The notes under the pieces were generated by a model that saw only the letters and a program-made list of their open reading frames with translations, did not search any database and had not been told where the DNA came from. A program made the position numbers and the translations under genes. A stretch of DNA of 64,000 bases from Lingula anatina (Eukaryota; Animalia; Brachiopoda). The stretch covers positions 45,920,788 to 45,984,787 of the forward strand of contig CM120640.1 in assembly GCA_051362555.1 (NCBI GenBank), read 5' to 3'. Below are positions 50,301 through 63,349 of the stretch, in pieces. The stretch's first letter is position 1. Every line of letters starts with the position of its first letter.

Positions 50301-53300
50301 TTGCATGAGTGCAAAAACAGATAATCAAACAAGTGCTATTTAGTTATACTCTTGGTTTGCCACACACACTTTAACCTAATAGACAAGTGTCAGAGAAACT
50401 TCATTTCCCATACAGAGTTGAACATGAATGAAAGATTTATAAGCAGAATGTTGATCAGACATCAAAAGAAATGGGCTAATGGTGATTCATGTTTTATGTA
50501 TAGATTTGTATTTCTTTACATAGTGGCAAAATTTGATTGCCTATTTATTCATTTATAAGTTATGACTCTTTACTGATGAAAGGAACAATATTTAAGTGGA
50601 GTGAAAAATCTCAAGATATTTTTTATAGTATGGAGCAGCCATTGTAAATGTAAGTATGCAGTATCAGTAATTCTGGTGGTAGCTAAACAAACAACTACAA
50701 GACAGAACAGCCCTTGTTCATGAGTTTCATAATATATTATTTTGACCATGCATAAAATGGATACAGTTTCATAGTCCAGTTCCACCTGAAAGGTTTTTCA
50801 TGCAAGAATGTAATTAACATTTCATTCTTCTTTTAAGAACAGGTTTTGGGTCAGGTAAATGGTGACTAAAAAGCACTTTCTTCTAATGTGATAGTCCATA
50901 AAAAATGGCTAATATTATAAGTAAATCAAACTGAAATTTTGCATTAAAACAACTATCATTATCATAATCAATTGGTTTAGCAGAAGTAACACAGGCAGTA
51001 TTTCTGAAATAATTACTAGGAACTAGGAAGCAATGATTTGGTTTATTTATCACCAAGTGAATTTGAAAGAAGGAGAACTAAACAGACAGTGAGAGTTGGA
51101 GCATACCATTGTATTTCTGGATCAATTAACTACCAGGTACTTGACAAGGAGTGGGAGTATAATCTTGACAAGAAGACATCCTTATATTCTGAAGGTTTAT
51201 TGTTCCGAGGGTCCGATATTCCAAAGACTGTGGGAGCCAGGTTAAGAAATTGACCATACTGTTCTGAGGGCCCAATATTCCAAAGGGTAGAGGGTCCGAT
51301 ATTCCAAATGCTTCTTAGACTGAAGATCTGCTATTCCGAAAGAAGTTATTGATGCCATAGCAACACGTATATGCTTTTGCTTGCACGTGTAGGAAGGCAC
51401 TTTTAACTATTTTTTGCTGTGAGATTTGCTGCTCCTTCCTGCGCCATTTTGTTGTCTGCACTCATATAATATGGCTCATAAGCTCATATACATATCGCTT
51501 CGGAATAGCGGACCCTCGATTCATTGGTCCCTCAGAACAGCCGCCCTTTGGACAAAAGTCCCTGGGATAACGGACCCTCGGAACTTAAGACCCTCGGAAT
51601 ATAGATATGCACCCTAACACACAATTGAACAATCAGGATCATCCTAACTGTACAACTCCATCATGTTTTGAACTATTGAACATTTCTCTTTTAAGAAATG
51701 CACCTTCATTTGTTTATATCAAAAGGGGGTGAGATGCAAATATTATGACTTAATAAGTTCTTCTGGCAGCTGCCAAAAAAATTAAGCATTGTAGTCTGTA
51801 ACACTAAACCATAAATTATTCTATTTTTATGTTTCTAAATGCTTTTTTAATCCATCAACTGATACCAATTTAATGTAACATTACTTCAGCACAAAATGCA
51901 ATCAATATAACATTACAGCACAAGAGTCTCGAGAGATATATGTTACACTCTTTATTTGTGTCAAAACATTTCCCTCCCTATCTGTTATTGATGCAGTCTT
52001 GCAAAGCAAATCTACCCAAGAGCCATGAAAGTGGGGAAACTGCCAAACATGATGCTCACAGAAGCATTTTTCAACATGCAACTGGAAGCAACTAGATATA
52101 ACTAGTATTGTCAATCACCTAAGTGCTGATTGGTATGAATCATCAGAAAGACAAATTTTAAAGCAGCAAGCAAATCCATTTTCTATTGAAACAACTCACT
52201 TACAGTTACTTATACTAAAACGGGTTTCAAATATACTAGTACAAAAATGTTATGTAATAAATTTGGCAAGCCTAGAGATGCACAGAAAAAGTTTAAGCCT
52301 TGAGCCACACAACTTATCAGAGAAAATTCAAGTCTTATCTGAGATTTAATACTTCAAGTTAATAATAAATATTTAACGAAAAGCAAATAATTCAGGGTAG
52401 ACAGACATGTAGCAATCAATACAGAAGGAAATATTATAAGCACTATTCAAATTACATTCACACAGGTTTTGCAGCATTCCAACTTAAATCATCAACTGAA
52501 GTTATAAGGACTTTTCACAAGCAGTGTTCCACCTTTTTAGCAGTATGCTTTGGGATGTCCTACCATGACATGTAATGACGATTTCTATAGGAGACATCAC
52601 TCTCTATCACAAGAATGTTACCTAATGTTTGGGTGAAAGTTCTATAGGCTCTTCAACATAGCAGAAATAGGATGAATGATGAGCAAAGCCTCAGTGAGTA
52701 GAAACAACCTACTGCTTATTAATAAGCCATGACAATTACAGTAGCCCCACTTAGATACTAGACAGTCACTCTCTCAAAGCTGAATACAAAAGATGGAACG
52801 CTAAGTTGAAACAAAAGGCCTACTCTGATCATTCCCAAACAAACAGCAGACACTTTCTGTGTACAGCTACAATTTATTTTCTCAAATTCAGGTGGCCTAC
52901 TGCTGAGCTGGTGACTATTCCTACTGGAGGTCAAAGGCCCATTTCACAAATATCATGAATTTTTTCTGTGCTAAAACTGATAAAATTTCATTCTGTAAAT
53001 GATTGGCCCAGTCTTATTGTAGCTGATAAACCCAAACAGGCTGCTGTTACCTCAGCTAATGGTAATTTGCTCAACGGGACTGGCTAGCCGCTATAGACCC
53101 AATATAAGGAGAGCAGCCTTTAGATTCTTTGGCTGAGCTGAATTTTTGAACCTTTCTGTGAAAGAAGTCCCGCAACAGTTCAGAGCCTAGGAACAGCTGG
53201 TAACTAGAACTACTGTCACTGATGCTTTGGGAGTTGGATGCTTTGGTAGTTTCCTGCCCTGCCGTGGACTACCTTTCAAAATTTACTTTCTGGCAGCACT

Positions 53301-56300
53301 GGTCAAGTTCCTGTATGGTGTACATTTCACACATCAATACTGTAATCCCAATATGAATGATATTTATTCAAAGAGCCTCCTGAGTACACATCCAATTTAA
53401 ATACAGTTTAATTCCAGTATTTACACATCTTTCAGCTTACCCTGTGTGTTTCTAAGGCTTCCACCCACTTCTGTCTGGCCTCAGCATTTTCTGCTCGAAG
53501 GTACCAGAGACAGTCATTTACACTGACGTCAAAACGGCACTCATCGTATGGATGGGGCTGAAAAAAAAAGCAAATATTGGTTATAAAAAATGGATTGTGT
53601 GTACATTAAACAAAGCATTAATATCAATTATTAACGTATTCTTTCAAATTTAAATTCACCTAATATACGTAGCACACATTTTTTTCTACCAGCTAAATCT
53701 CTGTAGATATTATCCTACTCTTTAAGTGCCAGTGTAAACAATCACAGGATTAGTGCATGAAGAAAAAACCTCCCTTCCTCCCAAACACATTGCATGACTA
53801 AAATCATTAATAAATTAACTAATAAATAATGAAATGACTTATTGAACATTCTGGCACCTCACATCCTAATATGAAATATCCAGACCAATAGAACATGGAA
53901 CACCTATATAAATAATGGATATATAGGATTTATTACTGAGCAGTTGCTGCTTGCATGTGATGGTAATGTTAACGACTTGATCAATAAAGCCTTTTTGCAG
54001 CAGATACATAGTAGAAGGTAAGTGTCTAAAACTATGGCAACAGCACTGCTTCATCCATTTGCTGTCAGCAGCAGAGATGATTGCCATATAAGTGGAATTG
54101 ATTTCAACATGTACATTTTTGATATAAGGTCAGCAGACAGGGAAATTGTCCCAGCACTGGAAGGCATAGGGAGCGAAATATTGTTCAGGAAATTTGATTG
54201 GATTTCTTTCGCAATGGTCAATGTCAACTTCATTTATTTGTATTCCGAACATGTCTTTAAAAATTGACTTTTTTAATTTCAGTCAGAACAAGACACCACT
54301 GTGCTTTCACAAATATCATTTTTTTAACAGCTTATGTAGTTCAAATGTTATTAAACAAAGTGTCTCTATGCCACAAATGCTTGCCAATAACAAAATTTGC
54401 CCTTTTTTCATACACATCATTGCAAATTTTACTTTAAAACTGTACTAAAAGAAATATTTTTTAGATGAGAATAGACTAGGCTTTTGATTGCAGATCAAAT
54501 ATCTCCGACCCACTTAAAAACAATACCCACTTATTCCCTGATGGTCTACCTGTCTACACATACACTGCCCCTGCAGGGGCCTAGCACTTAAACCTCGGAG
54601 CTGAGATTTGATCTGTTAAATGGTGCTTGTGAAACAGGGAGACCATCAGGGGACTAGGTGGCTTGCTTTTAAATGGGGTCAGCCATATTTAGATCTGTTC
54701 TGGATGCACTCTTAGTAAGCACAAGGCATTATGCAACATATGACCCTGTGTAAATGATAATAGAACAAACATCTGTTTTAACAGTGTCTTCCATCAGCTG
54801 GGTAAAGCTTTTCTACAAAAAATATATCATAAACACAGGTCTATGGTCCCATTAAAGAATTCCTAGGAAAACCACAAGAGTGCACAGTTCCATGACTCAC
54901 TGTGACCTTAACAGCTATGTAATGTATTCAATCAAGACTGCATGCATTCTTTCTCAAGTTGTGTTCTAATCAAGTTTGACCCAGAACCAGGAAAAGGCCA
55001 AACTCCTTTAAACTGCCAAACATAAATTAATCTTTTTTATGAAAGGAAAGGGAGTTTCTTATAGGTAGGTAATCCCGCTCAGTATTCCAGATGCTAGGAA
55101 CATTTCAGGTTTAACTTAACCTTACAAAAACACAACAAGAATTTGTCAAGTGCCATGTCAAGCCTACCCAACTAACAGACTTGGCACCGAATGATCCAGA
55201 ATTCACCGGTATATTGGACCACACTACCCCTTTTCAATGTGTGCGTTAATACTCATTTTGAAGTATCAGAAGCGACACCGCTCTTGTCTAGCATGCGATG
55301 TGATAGCGATGAGCAAGGTTGAAAAGTAGTGCATCTCATCTCAAAATTTGTTCCGGGATATGATACTGTGAAACGTGCACTGATGCACACCTTGAAAACG
55401 GGTATTGTGGACCGATCTACCACTGATGTAGGATCATTCACTGCCGAGTCTGATAGTTGGGTAGACCTGCGTGTACATTTTAACAAGATTGACTGACCTA
55501 AATTTTTTACCCCTAATTTATTTCAGAAATGATCAACAGAGGAGGGTTGGGTTAATAATGGTTAAAAGGCATGTCAGAAGTACTAAAAGTGATAACAGGT
55601 AATTTACAAAACAACCCCTTCAATGTGGATAGGATAGTCTCTTGTGGTGGCTAAATAATCAAGGTCAATGTGATTCAGATGACAAGTATCCAGTTTTAAG
55701 AATCATATAAAAAGTTGGGGCTCTTATAATTTATCTGTGATTCAATGAAAACCAAATGCAATTGAAAATCCAGTTTTGATCCATTCAGAATGTTAATAGT
55801 CCTGTTATAATATTCTCCAGTGCAAGTCTATATTCAAGTGTTTTGTAATCTCATACCCCTGGAGCAACTGTGAATTTTGGCAGCTTGTTATATTTAACAA
55901 TACATCTACATTAATTATTGGTTCCCAATTTTATGTATATAAATTATTTTGGTGGCGGTGGATCATAGTAAAGACAACCTATTGCATTCCTCTACCAAAG
56001 TAACTCATGTCAGACAAAAACAGTCAGACGCTCAGCATTCTTATTTGATGCATCACTATAATTGCAGTTGTTTTCCCAGGTCTGGCCTGTATGGAATGTC
56101 CAGCCATTTGTTTTCTAATTACTGGATGTCCACTTCCATCATTCTCAGCATTCCACTCTCAGTGAGGTATTGACAGAAGCCACATATAATACAGCAGTCA
56201 TGTGGTCCCAGGGGCCTCAGCCATGAGATATCAATGCTACTACTAGTATTTCTTACTATCAAGGTTGGTTGTTGTAAACAGAGCACCTAACATTAGAATA

Positions 56301-57577
56301 CTCTATATGGATTTCAATTATGAAAAAGCAATGATCACAATTCTATTTGTCAACATGGTATTATTATTAAATTACCAAGTCCATAACTTAACTATTTTTG
56401 AAATTTTATTCAGATATGATGATGAAATTTGAATATTATGTCACCTGAAAGAATAAAAGGGACAGAATTTCATGTTTGTGTTACTTTACAAATGACACCT
56501 GAACTAGAGATTGATTCTTTAAAATATAGCTGTTTTAAACTACATGTGAAAAAAATGCTTTTTTTCATTTAGGCATTCTTTTTAAAGACCATATAAAATG
56601 GTCAATCTATCAACAAACATAAAATATGTAGATATCTTGTCAACTAGATGATAAGCATTACATCTTTTTCTAATATTTTGTTTCAAGAATTTGGTTCTTA
56701 CTTAAAAACCAGTCTTTTGTTTCTTTTTATAAAATAAGGGCAGTATTTGGCACTTACGCACCCCCCCCCCCCCCAATCCCTAACTTATCTCTTTAAGTAC
56801 TGGATTTAAGATTTCTTTCTAAATTTGGTTGTGTTGGAGAAGTTGGAGAAGTCTGTGTTATCCAAGTAAATTGGCTTGCAATTTGAAATGCATGTCAATT
56901 TTCAATGTTTAATAATAAAAATTCAACCAGTAGCCAATTTGAATAGGAGACTGAGGTCATTTTGAGTGTGCACTGGAAAACTGGTCTTTTAAGTTTTGGG
57001 AGCATACTTACTGCACAAATGCATGTACAGTATAAGTACTTTTAGCGGTATGTCAACAAAAGCTTCACTTTACTGGTACAACCGATCTGCAATATACTAA
57101 ACCCAAGTTTTCTTCAAATTTATATGGCTCGAAAATAATATTTCCCAGAAAATCTTACTCAAAATGACCTTTTCAACACAACACAGCTAGTAAGCTTCAC
57201 TATCTAACGTTAGGATCCCTCCACTACGACGATGTCGTAATTTGCGTAATGGCACTGGGTCATTATATCATTAAATTATAAATCATTGGGTAAAGATCTG
57301 ATGGTGGGAAATGAAAATGATAATCCAAATTTACCCGAATTGATGCCCTGAGCAAGCTGACAGCACCACGACACCCAAAGGCCGTTTCATTTTCAGATTT
57401 ATAGTAACTGAGAGTGGCATCTTTGAGTACAAAGTAACGATCCTGCCAACCGTGGATGTAATTCGTCCATTTACTGAGTGTCTGCTGCAGTTCATATGGA
57501 AAAGTTATGTCGTCTTCAAACTCATCATCTTCCTCTTCATCAGTAAGACTAAGGGCATCCTTTTCCTCGCTCATCAT
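37483..57577 (-). CDS. CERT1: Ceramide transfer protein (PH - serine-repeat motif - coiled coil - FFAT - START), ~609 aa
   Basis: Exons (minus) 57577-57335 ([19 protein letters not shown]), 53557-53441, 48457/48454-48350 ([26 protein letters not shown]), 47924-47792 ([23 protein letters not shown]), 45003-44884, 42565-42315 ([15 protein letters not shown]), 41845-41759 (FFAT EFFDAVD), 41574-41497, 40954-40793, 40283-40220, 40012-39804 ([10 protein letters not shown]), either 39270-39141 or 38635-38506, and 37610-37483 ([27 protein letters not shown]). Total 1830 nt. Confidence 0.97.
38506..38635 (-). CDS. CERT1: CERT START-domain mutually exclusive exon B
   Basis: attttAG|...|GTgaga; 130 nt, phase 0 to 1; [43 protein letters not shown]. 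Confidence 0.9.
39141..39270 (-). CDS. CERT1: CERT START-domain mutually exclusive exon A
   Basis: cttttAG|...|GTaaga; 130 nt, phase 0 to 1; [43 protein letters not shown]. Confidence 0.9.
43684..43883. mobile_element. PIF/Harbinger (Tourist-like) MITE, young
   Basis: Near-perfect ~75-bp TIRs GGCTTCGTTCACATGGAAAGTCTATTTTCTAAAAATC... with TTA TSD at 43681-43683 and 43884-43886. Confidence 0.9.
44289..44364. repeat. (ATT)n tract between 16-bp direct repeats
   Basis: TAAATTTCAGCTGATT at 44289-44304 and 44349-44364 encloses pure (ATT)n. Confidence 0.9.
46807..47007. mobile_element. Harbinger-type MITE
   Basis: Imperfect TIRs GAGGGCATTTCCAGAGATTTAGATC...GATCTAAAATCTATGGGAATGCACCC with TTA on both sides. 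Confidence 0.7.
51172..51615. mobile_element. Decayed foldback-type element with inverted arrays of a CCGAGGGTCCGnTATTCC motif
   Basis: Repeats GAGGGTCCGATATTCC (51207-51340) are mirrored by GGAATAGCGGACCCTCG/ACGGACCCTCGGAA (51500-51605). Confidence 0.65.
54490..54698. mobile_element. Older MITE-like inverted repeat
   Basis: CAGATC..GACCCACTTAAAA..CCCTGATGGTCT.CCTGT pairs with ACAGGGAGACCATCAGGGG..TTTTAAATGGGGTC..GATCTG. Confidence 0.65.
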
Positions 57578-57619
57578 TTTAGTTATATCCAATATTTCCT
57601 CGGCTGATGGTGTATAGAG

Positions 57620-57760
57620 CTTCTATCACATGATCACCTCGCACTTGCCTCCCACCTCTTGTTTGGCCGCCATGATAATGAGACATGACGTCACTGCCCC
57701 AATGTGTTTGTCTCAAAGGTCATCAGACCAACCGACATGTAAGCGCCATTTTTATATCGC
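57620..57760 (-). promoter_or_regulatory. Putative CERT1 promoter/5' leader: CRE, YY1-like and E-box motifs
   Basis: CpG-enriched stretch with TGACGTCA (~57686-57693), GCCGCCAT (57666-57673), GCGCCATTTT (~57743) and TCACATGA (57626-57633). Confidence 0.5.
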
Positions 57761-58784
57761 AGTCACACCTGTCGCAATAGTGAAAAGGCCAACGCAGCGA
57801 GGTACTTTGCTGCACAGCTAATGCACTGTGAAAAATAACTTTTGGGGATTACCTTGACAGTAAATTTCAAGCCATCATTACCAGGTACAAATGATAAAAT
57901 TATTATCTATAGATTAAAAATTTCTAAACATTTCCCCCAATCTTCACATCAGATGTTTATTTTCCCATAAAAAAGAAGCACCTTTTATTGCAGGGACGGA
58001 TTTCAGGATTTTTTAAAAACAGGTTCCCAGTGGGCTTTGAATACAACTCAACCCGAGCAATTATAGGAAATTGCTGTATATGAAATTAATAAGCGTATGC
58101 CTAATCTTAGATTTAATTTATACCCAATTTTGTTTTATCAAATTTTAATGCGTTTGCATTTTTTTTATTCTTATCTTATGTTCATCCATTCTTAGTAAAA
58201 AAAGATACAATACATGTATGTCTCATAATAATTTATTGATTTCTGCCAAGCTTTGCAATACACTGCTGAACACACACACACGGCTATCACCTTGATCGGT
58301 TAATAAATCTAAAAACCACATAAAACGACTATAGATTACCACGCTAGTCTACCAAAATGCAATAAATCCGATCAAAATTGGTTGGGTAGGATAAACCAAA
58401 TTTAAAAAATGCACGCCATAATGGCTGTGCAGTCTACTAATAAAAGAAGCTCACGACACAAAAACTCCAACTACAACCGTGAAAAAAATAGAAACAGCCA
58501 TCAAATCAGTAAGTCCACCTACTTAAAAGTTTAAAACATCCTAGACTAAATTGTGCCGTTCTTCGTTTATAAATCTTCTGCACGGAAACCCCAGAGTAAG
58601 GCCCGTGCGCGTGCAAAGTGTGCTTCAAAGTCAACCGCCATTTTCAGCCTTTCGTTATGGAATTTAAAGCTTCCTTGTTGGGAAAATAATCATACACATA
58701 CTTTCATTGTTCCATTTTTTCATATGTTGATTTTATTAGATTTAAGTAAAATAATAAACTGATTCCTTTGATCGTTGTTATTAT

Positions 58785-58785
58785 T

Positions 58786-58823
<38 letters not shown>
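58785..58823. repeat. (TTG)n microsatellite
   Basis: Run of GTT/TTG units preceded by ATT units. Confidence 0.9.
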
Positions 58824-61800
58824 GATAGAGTAGTGTGGTGTTCTTAAGCCTTAATTATTAAGTCTGTGTGTGTATCAAGGTGATAGTCAAGCATATGATA
58901 AGTTTTCGTCAAAATTACAGAGATTAATAAACTGACAGGTCGGTAATTGCACTTATCTAAGCAAAACTTCGTCCAATTATGTTTAGCAAATAGATGTCAC
59001 CATAACCTAAAGAGCGTGTGTTATCGCCATAATTCGTGTTTTTGAATCTTCAAGGAACTTTGCAGTGCGTGCAAGACGATCAAAACAACTACGACCCCCG
59101 CGTAAGCTGGTTGAAAGTTAGACGTCTATTTTTTTCTCATCAACACCACGCAACACCAATGATTTTAAAGGCTCGACTCAATAAGTCTGGCAGCTTGGAT
59201 TTTAGTGATTGATACAAGACTGATATTCTCTCTTTTACGAAAGAACTAATTGTAAGTTTCGATTTTACATTCACCGATAGAGAAGAAGTAAGCAACCAGA
59301 GTCGTGGATTCCAAACAGCTTTATTCCCACTGCCTAAGTCCTTAAGTCCTAAGTGTCTAATCTACCCACCGCCACTCATATCCAATTTATATCCAGCTTT
59401 ACCTCAAACGTCCTATTGAAATATGACATATAAACTTAAGATGTTATCTAAACTCACGAGGCAGGTGTCACGAGAGGCACACGGCATCTAAGGTGACATG
59501 CTAGGGGGTGCAACCGCGTTCCTTACATAATACACCAATACAATGTTTGTCATTGTCGATCAATATAAAATATAGGTTTCATTCAAATATGTTCGAGACA
59601 AACCTGGATAGGTGAACCAAAACATATTTCTACTAGCATACATACGTACACACAATCTGTGTTCACAGAGTAGGCCTACTTCGTCCTAAATTTTAATGTA
59701 CTTCCCAACAGTATGGTATTCATTATAAGAATGTCTGTGTAATTGTTAAAAATCATTTATTAATATGGTAAGTTGAACAATCAACGCAAGCCTAAGCGAA
59801 CAAACACGAACCAATTTTGAAGCATGATGCCAGCGTCAGGTCTCTGGTCTGACGAGCTTTGTAATTTGATATATTGAATCGATTCTGAACGTCACACAAC
59901 CAAGTACAATAACTTCAAATTAAAGCAAGCACCTGGTGTCGACTTCCTGGCCTATTGTTCTGCGACCGTTGATACTCCAGATACTCCCGCGTTATTTTCC
60001 AGCCTACGAACATGTTATTTCCACTGCTCACCTATTAACACAGCAGAAAAGTAAATAACTATCCGAAATATTACAAGAATTCAGATGCATTTTCATATGT
60101 AATAAGCATGTTCTCTTAAAATATAATTTCCTGTTCATTTCTCTAGGTTCAATATTGAACGAGTAGTTTTGTAAGTGTGGAATGGTCAGAGTCGTAGCAT
60201 TATGTCGCAAATGCCGTTCCTTCATGTACCGGTAGATGCCTTTACTGGGATTGATTTTAGCACCACAAGTACCGGGTGACGTAAATAGGGGCGAGTTCCT
60301 TCATAACTTGAAATTGGCGAGAAAATATGCAAAAATGAACTTCCCGGATGATACTGACAATTCTCTATCGGTTATTAATCCAAATATACCCTACAGATAT
60401 ACGTTTTAAAGACTACTTTTTTACCACAAGCTTAAGCCCAATGGTCAGTTGCAGTTCTATACGTAGTACAAGTCACCCTTTAATCTCAATTTCAGTTGTT
60501 TCAGTTGAAATAAAATTAACTTCAATCGAATTCTTGTATTTGTTATTAAAAAAAAAAAAAGAAACAAGAAATGTATATAGATGCTTTCTTACAATACAAT
60601 ATATTTCTAAACTGTGAATATGCTGTATATTTAAGTAATCTGGTTTTGTCCAAGAACTGGTGCGCATTAACTTCCTTATTTACATCATCAAGAGATACTA
60701 TATAGGGCAATGCCCTTTTAAACTAGACTTTTCGCTAATATCAACTATCATGTATTTGGTCATACTACAACTGTATATAACTGTAGACAATTCACGAGTA
60801 GGGCATACATGTAGGTATTAATTTCTAGAATCTTTAGTGAATCATAGTCCAGTATCAGTAACTGTGAATATGAGATTAATACTTTACATGCATAAATTGT
60901 TGTCACGATTCAAGGCAATCAAAGTGGAGGACGGCCAGTGTTTTGTGTTCATACAAAACTACGTCTTGGTTTTGCTTGATATTATGTAATCTATTACAAC
61001 CTAATACAGCATTAACATAAGATTTAAGCAGATCGCCTGACTTCTGTCTACTTATACTAAAGGTGATGAATTAGTATTTATTTATTTATCTGGGTCAGCA
61101 TTTTGTTATACTTAGTATAAAAGGGCATTATCAAATACGACTGAAAAAGAGACTGGCGGTACTGCATGATGTCGTACGGTAAAAATCTATGTGCTGGAAA
61201 TGTCGTCTTAGAAAGCCACACAAATGTGACTTTCAGTTGTGTAGTAACTGTAATTCGGCAATTCTTAAGAAAACCCCAAATATCCGTGAATATTTTCAGC
61301 TTTTACTCATTATTTTTGGCCCCGCACTTCTCTAAATCCTGTCAGAGCCACAAAACATTGAGATATATCTGATGATATATTAAAATGCTATTTATTTTTT
61401 CAAGTCTGGAAATGAAAATGTGTGCAGAATGCCCCCTTTAAACTGATATTAGGCGGTCTTGATTACCAAGGTCTGTATAAAAATTTTGTGTAACTTAAAG
61501 TTATCAATCAAAACGTTCGTCATTGGCACTCCTCTGATACAAGCTTAGGTAGTAAAGAACACCAAAGAAACAAAAATAGCTCTTTCGCCAAAAAAAAAAA
61601 AAAAAAAAAGATACATTAATTGATTTATTAAAATAAATAAAAAGCTGATATGAAGTCTTCAGATAATGATAATACTTTTTCTGAGGACAAGCAATATTCA
61701 TGGACATTATAATTGTTAAGACTATTATAACAAATAACATCCATGAACATTGTATAATTATCAATAATATTATAACAGCCAGTATTTATATAAAGAGATT

Positions 61801-61916
61801 GATTTCTGATTTTGGCTAACGGGGTATAAAACCTTGATTTCCGTTATCATTCATATGCTGTGCGACTATATATCTTATCAAACGTTGTCATAATGAATGT
61901 GAAACCTAACAACATC

Positions 61917-61951
61917 AGACGTCATTCAAAGAAAACGGTTGCCTAGGAGAC
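61917..61951 (+). promoter_or_regulatory. RFX X-box-like site with adjacent CRE-like site upstream of GPR19-like gene
   Basis: GTTGCCTAGGAGAC at 61938-61951 and AGACGTCA at 61917-61924. Confidence 0.4.
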
Positions 61952-62589
61952 GCATCGTAGGTATGGACTAGTAGCACACGCATCTGTCTATCTGTTATAA
62001 CGCTATTGATTGTATCGCAGAGACGTTAGCATTCTAGCTTTATGTCAGGTATAGTGATATAAAGCGAAAAGTCAATCACTTGTTCATAAATTTGGTGTAG
62101 AATTTGCATTCATTTGCAATTTACCAAGAGCTGCACTTTGCTTGACTTCATGGCTGCCCTTGTAGATGGAAATTAAATGACATCAATGACAAAATCGACA
62201 GGCAGCCGTTTCAAAGAGTTGCTTGCAAACGGAAACAATCTGAACCACACAGGAATCAAACTTTATACGTCCACTACTTGGAATTTCAAAGGTGGCTGGC
62301 AAATGAAGAGAAACTGTAGTGAGAAATAATGAGGTAGGTGCTGTAAATGAGAGGATAGACAACGAGCACACGTTTGCATGGGTAGCATATAGCTTTAACA
62401 TATAACATCTGGGATTGAGTTGACAGGATGCTTGTGAATCTGAATCATTCCACATCATTACCAATTATCAGTAATGCTATAGTAAACAAGAATTGTGTGT
62501 TGCACCGCACATCATTTGGCTCTATAAAAAGTCAGACTTGACTCGAGGCAATAAAAATATTTTCTCTTACTCTTTGTAAGAGTACTTTA

Positions 62590-62840
62590 AGGCCCCATTC
62601 CCATCAACACCATCGGTCAACGTAAATCGATCTAATTCTGTGGGGACTCTTGCTGTATGGCATGCAATCAGCTTAACTGAATGACAAGCCTCCTCTTGTT
62701 TCCAACGCACTCGTATAATCACCAGCTTTTTTGTATTCTACTTAACGCCACAAGGAGTCATGTTAATCTTTTTTACTGATTGCATTCAGCAAGAGTCCCT
62801 ACGGAGTTGGATCGATCTACATAGACTGGTGAACGGGCCC
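62590..62840. mobile_element. Harbinger-type MITE
   Basis: Ends (A)GGCCCCATTC...GAACGGGCCC with TTA flanks. Internal arms ATCGATCTAATTCTGTGGGGACTCTTGCTG / CAGCAAGAGTCCCTACGGAGTTGGATCGAT. Confidence 0.7.
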
Positions 62841-63349
62841 TTAGCGTTTTTATAACAACCGATTGTCGCTCATCTTGGGTATATAGGTCTAAGTAATATG
62901 ATAGCATAACATTTGAGATGATATGTGCACCGGAGTTGAAATGTAGGCCAATTCAATTTGTATTTTACTGTTTAGATATCACGATATGCGCCCGTTTGTG
63001 GTGTCCAGTAGCCTTATTTAATTACATTGTAGGTTTGTGCTGCCTTTAAATATTGAAAGTACATCTGTATACCATGCTGACATTTTAAAATATATCCCAC
63101 TGTATTACGCAGAGACAAATATAAGTAATCGTATAAATCTGAAAAAGAAAAAAGCAACAAGAATTTATCATTTTGAAAAACAAAAAGTGATGGATGAGTG
63201 AACTTCAGTTCCAATTTTCTATGTTAGTTATTCCGATATTCATGTACATATCCTACGTATGGTTCTGTAATGAGAACGAAATTGATTTATTCCAGATTTG
63301 CAGACTTGCAGGTCGTTTAGGAATAGCATGAGTTTACTAAACCCTAGGG

